Shown one piece after another: positions 28,581 to 38,112 of a stretch of DNA of 64,000 nt; the first letter of the stretch is position 1; every line of letters starts with the position of its first letter. The DNA is from Gammaproteobacteria bacterium (GTDB lineage: Bacteria > Pseudomonadota > Gammaproteobacteria > CBDBNL01 > JAAOII01), in assembly GCA_965209035.1 (NCBI GenBank), contig OZ242372.1, forward strand, positions 320,001-384,000. The letters run 5' to 3'. The translations under genes were made by a program, and so were the position numbers. The notes beneath the pieces were generated by a model. It worked only from the letters and a program-made list of their open reading frames with translations, searched no databases and was not told the origin of the DNA.

Positions 28581-29033
28581 ATGGAATCCGGATCAGATCA
28601 ACTACCGGGACCAACAAAAAGAATCATGCCAAACCCAAGTCGCCGGAAGCATCGATTTCAACATTTTGAAAAATCTTTTCAAGTTTTATCGCGAATGATA
28701 GATCTATATGATGCTAACCCGGAAGATGAAGTCTACCGGTTGGCAATGATTCGGTCTTTTAAGATGACCTATGAACTGTCTTGGAAAACAATGCAAAACC
28801 ATTTGGAACAAGAGGGGATTAATCAATCCACTCCAAGAAGTGTCATCCGGGCGGCATATCAAGCGGGCATTATTAAAGAAGGCGAAGAATGGTTAAATAC
28901 CATAGAATTTCGTAATCTGACATCTCATGCCTATGAAGAAGAAATATCACAAAAGATAATACAGTTTATTAATAACACTTTTTATGCTCTTGCCCGGGAT
29001 CTTTACCGGCAACTTCTTAAGAAGGAATTATGA
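28581..29033 (+). CDS. HEPN-domain toxin (HI0074-like)
   Basis: F..TYELSWK and RNLTSH (RX4H). Start may be 28626. Confidence 0.88.
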   Translation: MESGSDQLPGPTKRIMPNPSRRKHRFQHFEKSFQVLSRMIDLYDANPEDEVYRLAMIRSFKMTYELSWKTMQNHLEQEGINQSTPRSVIRAAYQAGIIKEGEEWLNTIEFRNLTSHAYEEEISQKIIQFINNTFYALARDLYRQLLKKEL

Positions 29034-29335
29034 GATACGGACTTTCTGATGAACAACTAAAAAAGATATCCGCTATTCTTTCCAAACATCCTGCGATTGA
29101 AAAAGCCCTGCTCTTTGGATCGCGTGCTATGGGGAATTACAAAAAGGCGTCGGATGTAGATATTGCCGTAGTCGGCAAGGGTATAAACTTTTTGCAGACT
29201 GCATCCATCAAGAACGATCTGGAAAAGACGAATATCCCCTTCTTTTTTGATGTTTTATCCTATGACAATCTCAATTCCCAAGAAGTCCGAGAGAATATTG
29301 ACGAATACGGCAAGGTCATCTATCGGAAAATCTGA
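29030..29335 (+). CDS. Minimal nucleotidyltransferase (MNT) antitoxin
   Basis: LFGSRA.G......DVD motif; ATGA-coupled to the HEPN gene. Confidence 0.9.
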   Translation: MRYGLSDEQLKKISAILSKHPAIEKALLFGSRAMGNYKKASDVDIAVVGKGINFLQTASIKNDLEKTNIPFFFDVLSYDNLNSQEVRENIDEYGKVIYRKI

Positions 29336-29462
29336 CATCGATTGTTCGATTGAGCAAGTGAGGCCGGGCGATACCGGGCGATACCGGATAAGACAGCCAA
29401 AATTCAAATGGGACAACGTTAACCTCCGACAACTTCCGTCATCCTCGACTGCGGTCGGTCAA

Positions 29463-30077
29463 TTAACGAGCAGCACGAAAACCGCTCGCCAGAAGTAACC
29501 GTGCCATTAACAGGCCGGCAACCGCCCCGACAATATGATGCAAGGAAGATGTTTGCGGAACGAAAATATCAATCACAAACTGCAGCACGAAGATGATTGC
29601 CAACTGGCGGGCAAATACCAGAGCAACCGGGTTGCGATTTTTGCGCCATAGTTGCCACATTAAATATGCGGATGCCGACATGATGCCAAGGATGGAAGCC
29701 GAAGCCCCTATGGCACAGTAGGAAATGATGTTGGTCCAATAGGCGAATGCAAGAGCAATCAGGTTGGCGACAACACCGGCGGCAAGGTAAATGAGAATGA
29801 AACGCCACTTGCCCCAAAAGCGTTCGGCATAGGAGCCAAAAATTAAAAGTGCCACACTATTAAATACCAAATGGGAGAAACTGTAATGCATGAATATGGA
29901 ACTGGCTAGCCGCCAATATTCCTTTTCCACAACAACACCAAAGAGCGACAAACCGCCAAAACAAAAACTTTTTGACGGGAGAGAGAAAAACTGCGCGACA
30001 AGATAAACCGCCAGATTGATCAAGAGGATGCTGATCATCACGGGGTTGCTCCGTAAATTGACGGTGACGGGAAACAT
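29463..30077 (-). CDS. Rhomboid intramembrane serine protease
   Basis: WRL..S.FMH...HL.FN, GAS and H..G. Confidence 0.92.
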   Translation of the reverse strand: MFPVTVNLRSNPVMISILLINLAVYLVAQFFSLPSKSFCFGGLSLFGVVVEKEYWRLASSIFMHYSFSHLVFNSVALLIFGSYAERFWGKWRFILIYLAAGVVANLIALAFAYWTNIISYCAIGASASILGIMSASAYLMWQLWRKNRNPVALVFARQLAIIFVLQFVIDIFVPQTSSLHHIVGAVAGLLMARLLLASGFRAAR

Positions 30078-30079
30078 TA

Positions 30080-30150
30080 TTCTACTCTACTCTACTCTAC
30101 TCTATTCTGTCCTGTCCTGTCCTGTCCTGTCCTATTTTGTTTTGCCTTGC
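30080..30150. repeat. Compound pentanucleotide microsatellite (TCTAC)n(CCTGT)n(TTTTG)n
   Basis: Seen directly, immediately upstream of the rhomboid ATG. Confidence 0.85.
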
Positions 30151-30231
30151 CATGGCGTCCGGCTGCGGCGAACAACAACAAACTAAACTTTCCTCTCGTG
30201 TCCGCCGTAGCCGCGTGCATTAATGTTGCCG

Positions 30232-31350
30232 TTAGTCTTCGGACGAGTCCGGCAGTTGCTTCTTGGTATCCGCGCCGAGTTCCTTAATTTTTTCGGCACG
30301 ACCTATCAGGTTCCCCCTGCCCTGCGATAACTTATTGCGTGCCTCGCTCACACTCTCTTTGGCGCGGTCCAAAAACTTGCCGATACCATCCACATCCTCC
30401 ACGAAGCCGCAGAGTTTGTCATACATCGCACCCGCCTGGCGGGCGATCTCTTCGGCATTTTTATTGCGTTTCTCGTTACGCCAAATATTATGAATGACTC
30501 TGAGCGTTGCCAAAAGAGTGGACGGCGCCACCGGGATAATTCGCTTTCGCAGAGCATAACTAAACAGAGTGTTGTCCTCCTGTTGGGCAAGAATAAACGC
30601 CGGCTCCACCGCAAAAAATAGCAGAACATATTCCAAGCTGTTTAATCCCGGCAAACGGGAGTAGTCCTTGTCTGACAGACTGTCCACATGCTTTTTTACG
30701 GCTGCCAAATGTTGTTTAAGGCAAACCGCGCGCTCCGTCTCATCCTCGGCCTCGTTGTAAGACACATAGGCATTCAAAGAAACCTTGGCATCCACAATAA
30801 TCTGTTTATTGTCCGGCAAGAACACCACCGCATCCGGCCGCAGAACGCCCCCCTCTTCACTGCCAAACGAAGGTTGCAACTTGTATTCGCGGTCCTTCAC
30901 CAGACCGGAATGTTCCAACACGCTCTCCAAGATCATCTCGCCCCAATTCCCTTGCATCTTCTTGTCGCTCTTTAGTGCCCTGGCAAGACCCTGTGCCATT
31001 TCCTCCACCTCTCTGTTCGTTTCCAGCAGATTAACGATATGCTGTTTCAGTTCGGCACGACCGCTTTCCTGGTCCTTGCTAATATCTTCCAGACGATTGC
31101 GAAAGCCTTCTATGTTTTGTTTGAGCGGTGCCAGAGTTCTTTCAATCTCGCTGCGGCTCTTTTCGTTTTGCAGGGTAAAAACACGATTGGCAATGTTTTC
31201 AATTAACCCGCCTTGGTCCTTGGTCTCTCCCATAAGGCGGGCGTTCTCTCGTTCAAGTTCGCGATTCTTTGTATTAGTTCTAAAAAAAAGACCGACAAAA
31301 ACCAGTGTGGTCAATGCCAGAACCACTATCGGCAGAATATTGCCGTCCAT
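30232..31350 (-). CDS. rmuC: DNA recombination protein RmuC
   Basis: N-terminal TM plus coiled coil; GNWGE..L, RPD, IVDAK and P.TLLA.L. Confidence 0.95.
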   Translation of the reverse strand: MDGNILPIVVLALTTLVFVGLFFRTNTKNRELERENARLMGETKDQGGLIENIANRVFTLQNEKSRSEIERTLAPLKQNIEGFRNRLEDISKDQESGRAELKQHIVNLLETNREVEEMAQGLARALKSDKKMQGNWGEMILESVLEHSGLVKDREYKLQPSFGSEEGGVLRPDAVVFLPDNKQIIVDAKVSLNAYVSYNEAEDETERAVCLKQHLAAVKKHVDSLSDKDYSRLPGLNSLEYVLLFFAVEPAFILAQQEDNTLFSYALRKRIIPVAPSTLLATLRVIHNIWRNEKRNKNAEEIARQAGAMYDKLCGFVEDVDGIGKFLDRAKESVSEARNKLSQGRGNLIGRAEKIKELGADTKKQLPDSSED

Positions 31351-31377
31351 TCGTTTTCGCTTTTTGGGCTACGGCGG

Positions 31378-31806
31378 CTAAGAGTTGCCCTGTCCCGGTT
31401 TTCTGCCGCGGCGTCTTCCGCCCCCCGAATGAACCGCATCCGCATGCCCCGCCGCCGCGCGCGGCTCGGCATTGTGTGCCATCTCTCTGGTTAAGAAAAA
31501 ACTGATGACCGTCCGAATGATCACAATACCGCCCAGAAAAAGAAGATCCTCTGTCGTCCGGCTGATGACCGTGTGGATGATATCCGAGGCGATCATAAAC
31601 TCCAAACCCAGTAACAGATATCCGCCCAACTCGTCGCGCAAACGCATATCCTTTTTGCGAATGTCGCCGCCGCGACCGATGATCTTAAAAAATTCCAGTC
31701 CGCCGAACCACCATAATCCTTTAACAACTCCCCAAACCAAGATAGCGACCGCCGCCAAATCAATGACAACCGCCAGCAACTCAACCCAATATGCTATGAC
31801 TGTCAT
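31378..31806 (-). CDS. DUF1622 membrane protein
   Basis: LG.YLLLGLEF.IASDII.T and IIRT.IS.FL..E; ATGA overlap with the lgt stop. Confidence 0.85.
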   Translation of the reverse strand: MTVIAYWVELLAVVIDLAAVAILVWGVVKGLWWFGGLEFFKIIGRGGDIRKKDMRLRDELGGYLLLGLEFMIASDIIHTVISRTTEDLLFLGGIVIIRTVISFFLTREMAHNAEPRAAAGHADAVHSGGGRRRGRKPGQGNS

Positions 31807-32603
31807 GCGGAACCGTAATTGGGGATGACGGACTTCCGCCAACCATAAACGAATATGATCATGCCGCCAATAATCATCGGCAAACTTAACAACTGCCCTA
31901 CGGTCAGCCAGTCAAATGCCAGATAGCCGATATGGGCATCCGGTATGCGCACAAACTCCACCAGAAATCGCATTAATCCGTAACCGAACAGGAAAAGACC
32001 CGTTGCCATCATCCGCGGTTTCGGCTTAAGAGTGAACACCCAAAGAATGAGAGCCAACAAGATCCCCTCAAGCAAAAGTTCATACAGCTGCGAAGGATGG
32101 CGCGGCAACTGCGTCGGGGCATGCGGAAAGATGACGCCCCAATTACCGCCGGTTTCTTTGCCCCACAATTCGCCATTAATGAAGTTGCCCAGACGCCCGA
32201 ATGCCAAACCGACCGTGCTAACACTCATAATGAAATCGCTGAAATCCCAAGGGTTGATCCCGCGCGATCTGGCAAAGAGTATAAAAGTGACTCCCACACT
32301 GATGACCGCCCCGTGAAATGACATCCCGCCCTGCCAGATAAAAAAGAGACTGAGCGGATTTTGAACCAGCGCGCCAAAGTTGTAAAACAACATATAACCA
32401 AGGCGACCGCCAAGAATGATCGCCAACATCAGCCAGAACAGGCAATCCCAAAGTGCCGCGGAGGTGAAATTCAACCTGTGCCGCCGCAGGTGTGCCAACC
32501 CGATTGCCGTGAAAAAAGCCAGCATATACATTACGCCATACCAATGCACTTGGATAAACCCCAAGTCCAAGGCAACGGGTGATAAGTTGTGTGTGTAGAT
32601 CAT
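31803..32603 (-). CDS. lgt: Prolipoprotein diacylglyceryl transferase
   Basis: WYG, GGRLGY, GGMSFHG, GRLGNFINGELWG and HPSQLYE. Confidence 0.97.
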   Translation of the reverse strand: MIYTHNLSPVALDLGFIQVHWYGVMYMLAFFTAIGLAHLRRHRLNFTSAALWDCLFWLMLAIILGGRLGYMLFYNFGALVQNPLSLFFIWQGGMSFHGAVISVGVTFILFARSRGINPWDFSDFIMSVSTVGLAFGRLGNFINGELWGKETGGNWGVIFPHAPTQLPRHPSQLYELLLEGILLALILWVFTLKPKPRMMATGLFLFGYGLMRFLVEFVRIPDAHIGYLAFDWLTVGQLLSLPMIIGGMIIFVYGWRKSVIPNYGSA

Positions 32604-32629
32604 CGTTATTGTTTGTTGTTTGTTATTTG

Positions 32630-32695
32630 TTGTTTTTTAATGTTTTTTTAATGTTTTTTTAATGTTTTTTTAATGTTTTTTTTAATGTTTAATGT
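32630..32695. repeat. About 11-bp T-rich tandem repeat (ATGTTTTTTTA) upstream of lgt
   Basis: About four copies seen directly. Confidence 0.8.
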
Positions 32696-32862
32696 TGATA
32701 GAAAAATCGGCTCGGTCAAAAGTTTTTCAAAAAGATCCGCGGTTCAAGGTTCGCGGTTCGCGGTGAGTGCCTTCCTGCCATCTTTTGAGAAAAGTTGACA
32801 GCCGTTTTGCCGGTGCCAAGGCACCAATAACGGACAGTTCGAAATCTTGCGGCATCACCCGA

Positions 32863-33858
32863 CTAATAGGCACCGCGAATATGAGAACGGACCTTGTCAT
32901 CATAAAAGGCGCGCAAGGTCTGAAGCAGGGTTGCACTCAAAGGCGGGATCTTAGATGCTTTCGCGCTGTTGGCAATCTGTTCGGCACGCGTCGCACCGGG
33001 AATGACTACGGAAACACCGAGTTGATCCAGACACCAACGCAACGCAAACTGCGACATCGGCACACCGGACGGAACATAAGAACGCAACTCATCCACCAGT
33101 TCCAACCCCTTCTCAAACGGCAGACCGCCAAAGGTTTCGCCCACATTAAATGCCTGACCGTCGCGGTTGAAGTGCCGATGATCCGTTTCAACAAAAGTTG
33201 TTCGTTTGTTGAACTTACCGCTCAACAGGCCGCTGTTAAGCGGTAATCGGACAATGATGCCAATCCGCTTTTCCGCCGCCAATGGCAGGACCTCTTGCAA
33301 TGCCTTCTGACGCAACACATTAAAAATGATTTGCAGCGAATACATATCCGGATGCTCCATACACAGCATCGCTTCCTCCATACTTTCCACACTGGCACCG
33401 AAACGCCGGATTTTGCCGGCAGTGCGAAGCTCTCTTAAAATCTCAAACACCTCGCCGTCGCGCACGACATCCGTCGGCACACAATGGGTCTGCACCAGAT
33501 CTAAAGTTTCCACACCCAGATTCCGCAAAGACCTGTCAATGCACCCTGTCACATTCTCTCGGGTATATTGATTGGGATACACCAGATCCCGGCGTCCCAC
33601 TTTGGTGGCAACAAACAGGTTCTTGGCACCTTGTTTGCTCTGCTTTTTGATGAACTGCCCGACCAACTTTTCGCTGCGACCGTCGCCGTAAACATCCGCC
33701 GTGTCGTAAAAGGTAATCCCGTTTTCCAGCGCGACATCCAAAATGCGATGGGCTTCCTCTTCGCTGACATTGCCCCATTCGGCACCGCCCAACTGCCAAC
33801 ACCCCAGACCTAACTCCGAAACCGAAAGTTCGTCCTTGCCAAAACTTCTATTATGCAT
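32863..33858 (-). CDS. Aldo/keto reductase
   Basis: LGLGCWQLGG, DTADVYG.G.SE, ATK and PL.SGLL. Confidence 0.93.
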   Translation of the reverse strand: MHNRSFGKDELSVSELGLGCWQLGGAEWGNVSEEEAHRILDVALENGITFYDTADVYGDGRSEKLVGQFIKKQSKQGAKNLFVATKVGRRDLVYPNQYTRENVTGCIDRSLRNLGVETLDLVQTHCVPTDVVRDGEVFEILRELRTAGKIRRFGASVESMEEAMLCMEHPDMYSLQIIFNVLRQKALQEVLPLAAEKRIGIIVRLPLNSGLLSGKFNKRTTFVETDHRHFNRDGQAFNVGETFGGLPFEKGLELVDELRSYVPSGVPMSQFALRWCLDQLGVSVVIPGATRAEQIANSAKASKIPPLSATLLQTLRAFYDDKVRSHIRGAY

Positions 33859-34061
33859 CTTTCTTTTTATTTATCTTTATTTATATTTATTTATATTGTT
33901 CTCTTTTGTATTTGTAATTGTAATCATCCGGATTGAATGGCGGGTTAAATAACGCCACTCTCTAATGCCACACGATTAATAAGATTTTAAGAGAGACCGC
34001 CTTGTTTTATGACCCTCCGCAGTGAATCTTTGCGGTATTTTAGTTTTTTGCGGATGTGTGG

Positions 34062-35261
34062 CTAGTTGCCTTGCCCGCTGGTCTGCCCGTCAAAGAGTGT
34101 CTCAAATACAGAAGTCCAACTTTCGGCGAAGCCGTCGCCCTCGCGCCGAATAAAATAGGCGGCAACCTGTTCCCGTTCGGCTATGGCACGCCCCCGCTCT
34201 TCTCCCAAAACCAACAACGCAGTCGCCCAAGCATCGGCGATGACCGTGCGCGGATGCGCCACAGACACAGATGCCAGCGTATGTTGCGCCGGACTGCCGG
34301 TGGCGGGATCTATGATGTGCGAATAACGCGTCCCGTTGCGTTCGTAGTAATTCCGATAGTCGCCGGATGTCGCCATGCCCAGGTTGTTCATATTCACAAT
34401 TCGCTGAATTGCTTTGCCACCCGAAACGGGCGCTTCTATGGCAATACGCCAAGGCTGCGGTTGCTTGCCCTTGCCGTCCCCTCGCCGAGACGGACGATAA
34501 CCCCGCGCCAAAATTTCCCCGCCAATCTCCGCCAAATAATCCCGCACACCCATATCCTCCAGAACCGCGCCCGCCTCATCCACCGCATAGCCCTTCGCAA
34601 TGGCAGAAAGATCCAAGTAAAGCGGGACTCTTTTCGTTAGAACCATGGCGGGCAGGTCTATATCCAATTGATGCGTTCCCGTCCGCTTGCGGGCTTCCAG
34701 AATCTCCGCCTCGTCCGGCACCCGGGTCAGTTCGCCCGCCGGACCAAAGCCCCACAGATTAACCAGAGGACCCACCGTAATATCAAACGCACCCCCTGTC
34801 TCCGAATTCAGTTTGATACTCAACAATAACATCTGTGCCAGTTCCTCGCTCACCCTCATTGGCACACCCGCCTCAGCCAGGTTCAGTTGGCTCAACTCCG
34901 AATCCTTATTCCAAGTGGACATCACCGCATCTATCTCCTGCAACCGCCCCAAAATGGCAGTTTGCACCTCCGTCTCGGCAGGCGTCTCCGCCCCAGCGAC
35001 ATACTTGACAGAATAATAAGTGCCGAAGATCTCACCGCGCAAAGTATGCAACTTGTCCTCGCCCGACCGCACGCAAGATGCCAGCAAGAGGACGCAGGCA
35101 AGTGTGGCTGCTGTTTTTGTTTTCAAGACGGGGCGGGTGTTGAGTGCATTAATAAGTGGCGTCCTAATGTCTGAAACAGGGCGCAAGAAAAAGGCAAAGA
35201 ATGTGAAGTTCAACACCTTCTTTTTTACTTTACCCGCAAATAACACAACAATAACTATCAC
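34062..35261 (-). CDS. apbE: FAD:protein FMN transferase ApbE (lipoprotein); start probably downstream of 35261
   Basis: LASC lipobox, FDITVGPL, DLSAIAKG, ATSGDY, HIIDP and ADAWATA. Confidence 0.93.
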   Translation of the reverse strand: MIVIVVLFAGKVKKKVLNFTFFAFFLRPVSDIRTPLINALNTRPVLKTKTAATLACVLLLASCVRSGEDKLHTLRGEIFGTYYSVKYVAGAETPAETEVQTAILGRLQEIDAVMSTWNKDSELSQLNLAEAGVPMRVSEELAQMLLLSIKLNSETGGAFDITVGPLVNLWGFGPAGELTRVPDEAEILEARKRTGTHQLDIDLPAMVLTKRVPLYLDLSAIAKGYAVDEAGAVLEDMGVRDYLAEIGGEILARGYRPSRRGDGKGKQPQPWRIAIEAPVSGGKAIQRIVNMNNLGMATSGDYRNYYERNGTRYSHIIDPATGSPAQHTLASVSVAHPRTVIADAWATALLVLGEERGRAIAEREQVAAYFIRREGDGFAESWTSVFETLFDGQTSGQGN

Positions 35262-35365
35262 GATTTAAGATTGCTTCTTTCTGTTTGGCAGAAAGATCTT
35301 TAAGATGAGTTTGTAATTTTTGTTTTTCTTTGGTAGTCATCTTTCAACTACAAAGTCGGCAATTT

Positions 35366-36064
35366 TTATTGCAAAGAATTCAAGTAATCCAGAAAATTGG
35401 TAATGACTTTTTTACTCTCGTTTTCTTTCATTAGAAAGTCTGCCCACTTGGGGGGAGAAATTCTACTCGGATGCTGTATACAAATAAATGACACTTCTCC
35501 TCTTCTACAAACTTGAGGTATCCCCCAACCTATTTTTTTACGCGCCCCCCACTTATAGCCTTCTTTTTCTGTTAAGTCCCCGTCCCAAGGCATCATAGCA
35601 CTCCATATCAAACATAGATCTGGTTTTATGATATCCAAGACACCATGTAATGCCGCCTTACCTGCTTCAATGTCTTGGGAGTTTCGAGGATGCCATCCTA
35701 TCTCTGCGGAACTAAACTGTAGAAAATTTGTGAAAGCCACAGAACTCCATACCTGTTGTCGCATCAGTTCCCCATCGGAGACATTCTGCCCTCTTATGTT
35801 AAGTCCTTCAACAAATATTTTTACGAACGCATTAAGTCCTTTTGTACCGGGATGATTATTCTCGATCGCAATACTATTAATTATTTCAATGGTGAGCCCT
35901 TTACCGTCGTACACAAGACCTTCTTCGTGCCATTTGTCGGTACCGGCCCCAACTACCAGAATTTTTGTTTTGTGATAGTTCTTACCGACCCAAGGATACC
36001 AAGCCAAATGAGGAATCTTATCAAAGCGAGAGTCAAATTTAGGAGTATTAAATTGTTTGTTCAT
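35366..36064 (-). CDS. Hypothetical protein of the UDG-like superfamily
   Basis: PWVG..Y...ILVVG, VAFTNF, I.PD and HPS pattern; AT-rich. Confidence 0.55.
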   Translation of the reverse strand: MNKQFNTPKFDSRFDKIPHLAWYPWVGKNYHKTKILVVGAGTDKWHEEGLVYDGKGLTIEIINSIAIENNHPGTKGLNAFVKIFVEGLNIRGQNVSDGELMRQQVWSSVAFTNFLQFSSAEIGWHPRNSQDIEAGKAALHGVLDIIKPDLCLIWSAMMPWDGDLTEKEGYKWGARKKIGWGIPQVCRRGEVSFICIQHPSRISPPKWADFLMKENESKKVITNFLDYLNSLQ

Positions 36065-36115
36065 GATTATTTTTTATGTTGATATAATCATCGGACATAA
36101 CAAAGTTATTTAAAG

Positions 36116-37963
36116 TTATACATCAAAAAACGACAGGTCCCAGATTTCCTCGGCAATCTGTTTATAAAGTTCTTGGCGTTCTTCTATGGCTTTCTTACCG
36201 AACTCTTTATAGGATTCAAAATTTAGTCCTTTGTTGTTATTGACAAAATTCGGGTTGCGTTCATAGCACTCCTTACACAAAGACTGTGCCAAAAGATTTT
36301 CTTTCAAGTAATGTTTTACTTTTTTGTCGTAAGGCGCGTCCGAGTAGGATTGATTGGTCCCTTGTGGCACCAATATCAACCCGCCAACCATGTTGCGTGT
36401 TCTATCAAACTCCATTTCACCACTATATTCATTTTGATACCTTTGATACTTATCCGCCAGGATATGTTCTATCTCATAGGGCTTGCCCTTGGTTTCCATA
36501 TACTTCCGCAGAGATGAATCCATCCCGGATTTTTGTTCAATATGAGCAGTCAAACAAGCAAGCAAGAACTTAATAAATTTACCATTGGCACGGTTTTTCC
36601 TTAAGGGACCATACTCTCTACTATTGACAATTCCACGAAATGTATCTTCCATTTTTTCCAATTTTCCTTTTAGAATTTCTCCCAAAGAAGACAGATCTTT
36701 AAATCGGATCTGTTGCACCAATTCATACATCTGAATCCGGAAGGCACTGTGTCCGTACCTCAAAAAATTAACCGCACGCCTCACACAAAATGTTTCCACA
36801 TAACGAGCAACCATATTCAATTTACGCTTGACAGTCTCCGCATCATCGTCTTCCTTAATCGGTGCCAATAATAAGGGATGCAATAAAGATTCGGCAAACC
36901 TCAAGAAATTAACGCGATACAAATGCTCCAAACCGACAACTGGCACTTTCATAGCCCCATGATATTCCAAAAACCATTTAACATAAAAGGCCATCTTGCC
37001 GTCAATGAAGCCATACCAATTTTCCTTTGGCTCAAATTTTAGTTTCTCTTTTCTGACCCACATATGAAACTGCGTGCCGATTTGCTCAAAATCTTTGTTC
37101 ACCTTATCTTGGCTTTTCCTGATTGTCTTAGCATAGTGTGCTCGCAACAAAGCCTGAAAAAATACACTATCCTCATTTTTCCTAAGTGCATTCATTTGCT
37201 GCATAAGATTCTGCCATTTCTTATTAATCTCTTGTTTCTTATCACTCACACCAGATATTAAATAGGCTTTTAACATGTCTACTGCATCCAAGCTCAGACC
37301 ACGACCATTCATCGTTTCAAACACCAAATAGGCCTTATCGTCTGTGCCGGCTGTAATGTCAACCAAAATGACTTTATCAATGAGCCAATAAATAAATGAA
37401 CGCATAACCTTTGCATCGCTTAAATAACTATTGTCAAACGCCCCGGCAATATCAGCATACCGCTTCTTTATGTTCTCGACACTTGCCGTATCTTCCGGTT
37501 TGGATGAGTAGTCTCCTTCTTCCAAAAGAGCGCGCATGCATCTGTCTCTACTCTGATCGTGAATTCTAAAGTTCGGTGTGCCAAGATCATCTGCATAAAT
37601 TAATTCCCTAATACCCACTTGCTCGTCTGTCTCGAGACGTTCCTCCTGACGATGCTTCAAGCACAGAAGAAGCAAACTCAATGAAGTTAATCTTTGCTGC
37701 CCATCCACTATGGCCTTTTCATTATTTTTACCGGTACTAAATACAACCGGACCCATATAGTAGGTGCCGTATTCGCGCACACTCTCCGTGCCATGTTTTT
37801 GTTGATAAAACTCAAGAAAGGCTGTTTGCAAGTCTTCCATCAATTGAAGCACCTGTTCTTCTCCCCAGTCATACTCGCGCTGATAATAATCCAGTATATA
37901 GTGTTGCCCCAGTATCTCTCTCAGATTTTTTTCTTTGGCAGTAATGTCGTTTTTGTTTTGCAT
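36116..37963 (-). CDS. GmrSD-like (DUF262 + DUF1524) protein
   Basis: YQREYDW, VDGQQRLT, FETMN.RG..L and IEHI...GGL.L....N. Confidence 0.9.
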   Translation of the reverse strand: MQNKNDITAKEKNLREILGQHYILDYYQREYDWGEEQVLQLMEDLQTAFLEFYQQKHGTESVREYGTYYMGPVVFSTGKNNEKAIVDGQQRLTSLSLLLLCLKHRQEERLETDEQVGIRELIYADDLGTPNFRIHDQSRDRCMRALLEEGDYSSKPEDTASVENIKKRYADIAGAFDNSYLSDAKVMRSFIYWLIDKVILVDITAGTDDKAYLVFETMNGRGLSLDAVDMLKAYLISGVSDKKQEINKKWQNLMQQMNALRKNEDSVFFQALLRAHYAKTIRKSQDKVNKDFEQIGTQFHMWVRKEKLKFEPKENWYGFIDGKMAFYVKWFLEYHGAMKVPVVGLEHLYRVNFLRFAESLLHPLLLAPIKEDDDAETVKRKLNMVARYVETFCVRRAVNFLRYGHSAFRIQMYELVQQIRFKDLSSLGEILKGKLEKMEDTFRGIVNSREYGPLRKNRANGKFIKFLLACLTAHIEQKSGMDSSLRKYMETKGKPYEIEHILADKYQRYQNEYSGEMEFDRTRNMVGGLILVPQGTNQSYSDAPYDKKVKHYLKENLLAQSLCKECYERNPNFVNNNKGLNFESYKEFGKKAIEERQELYKQIAEEIWDLSFFDV

Positions 37964-38112
37964 GATGATTAATAATTAATGTTGTTGTAAATAATTCTAT
38001 CGGCAAAAACCATAGCATCGACTAATCTTACTTGCGTTTTGATAACCGGGTAAGCCCATAAGAAAGTATAAAAAATCATATAAGAAGTGAAGCAAGGTGC
38101 TTCTGCGATATG

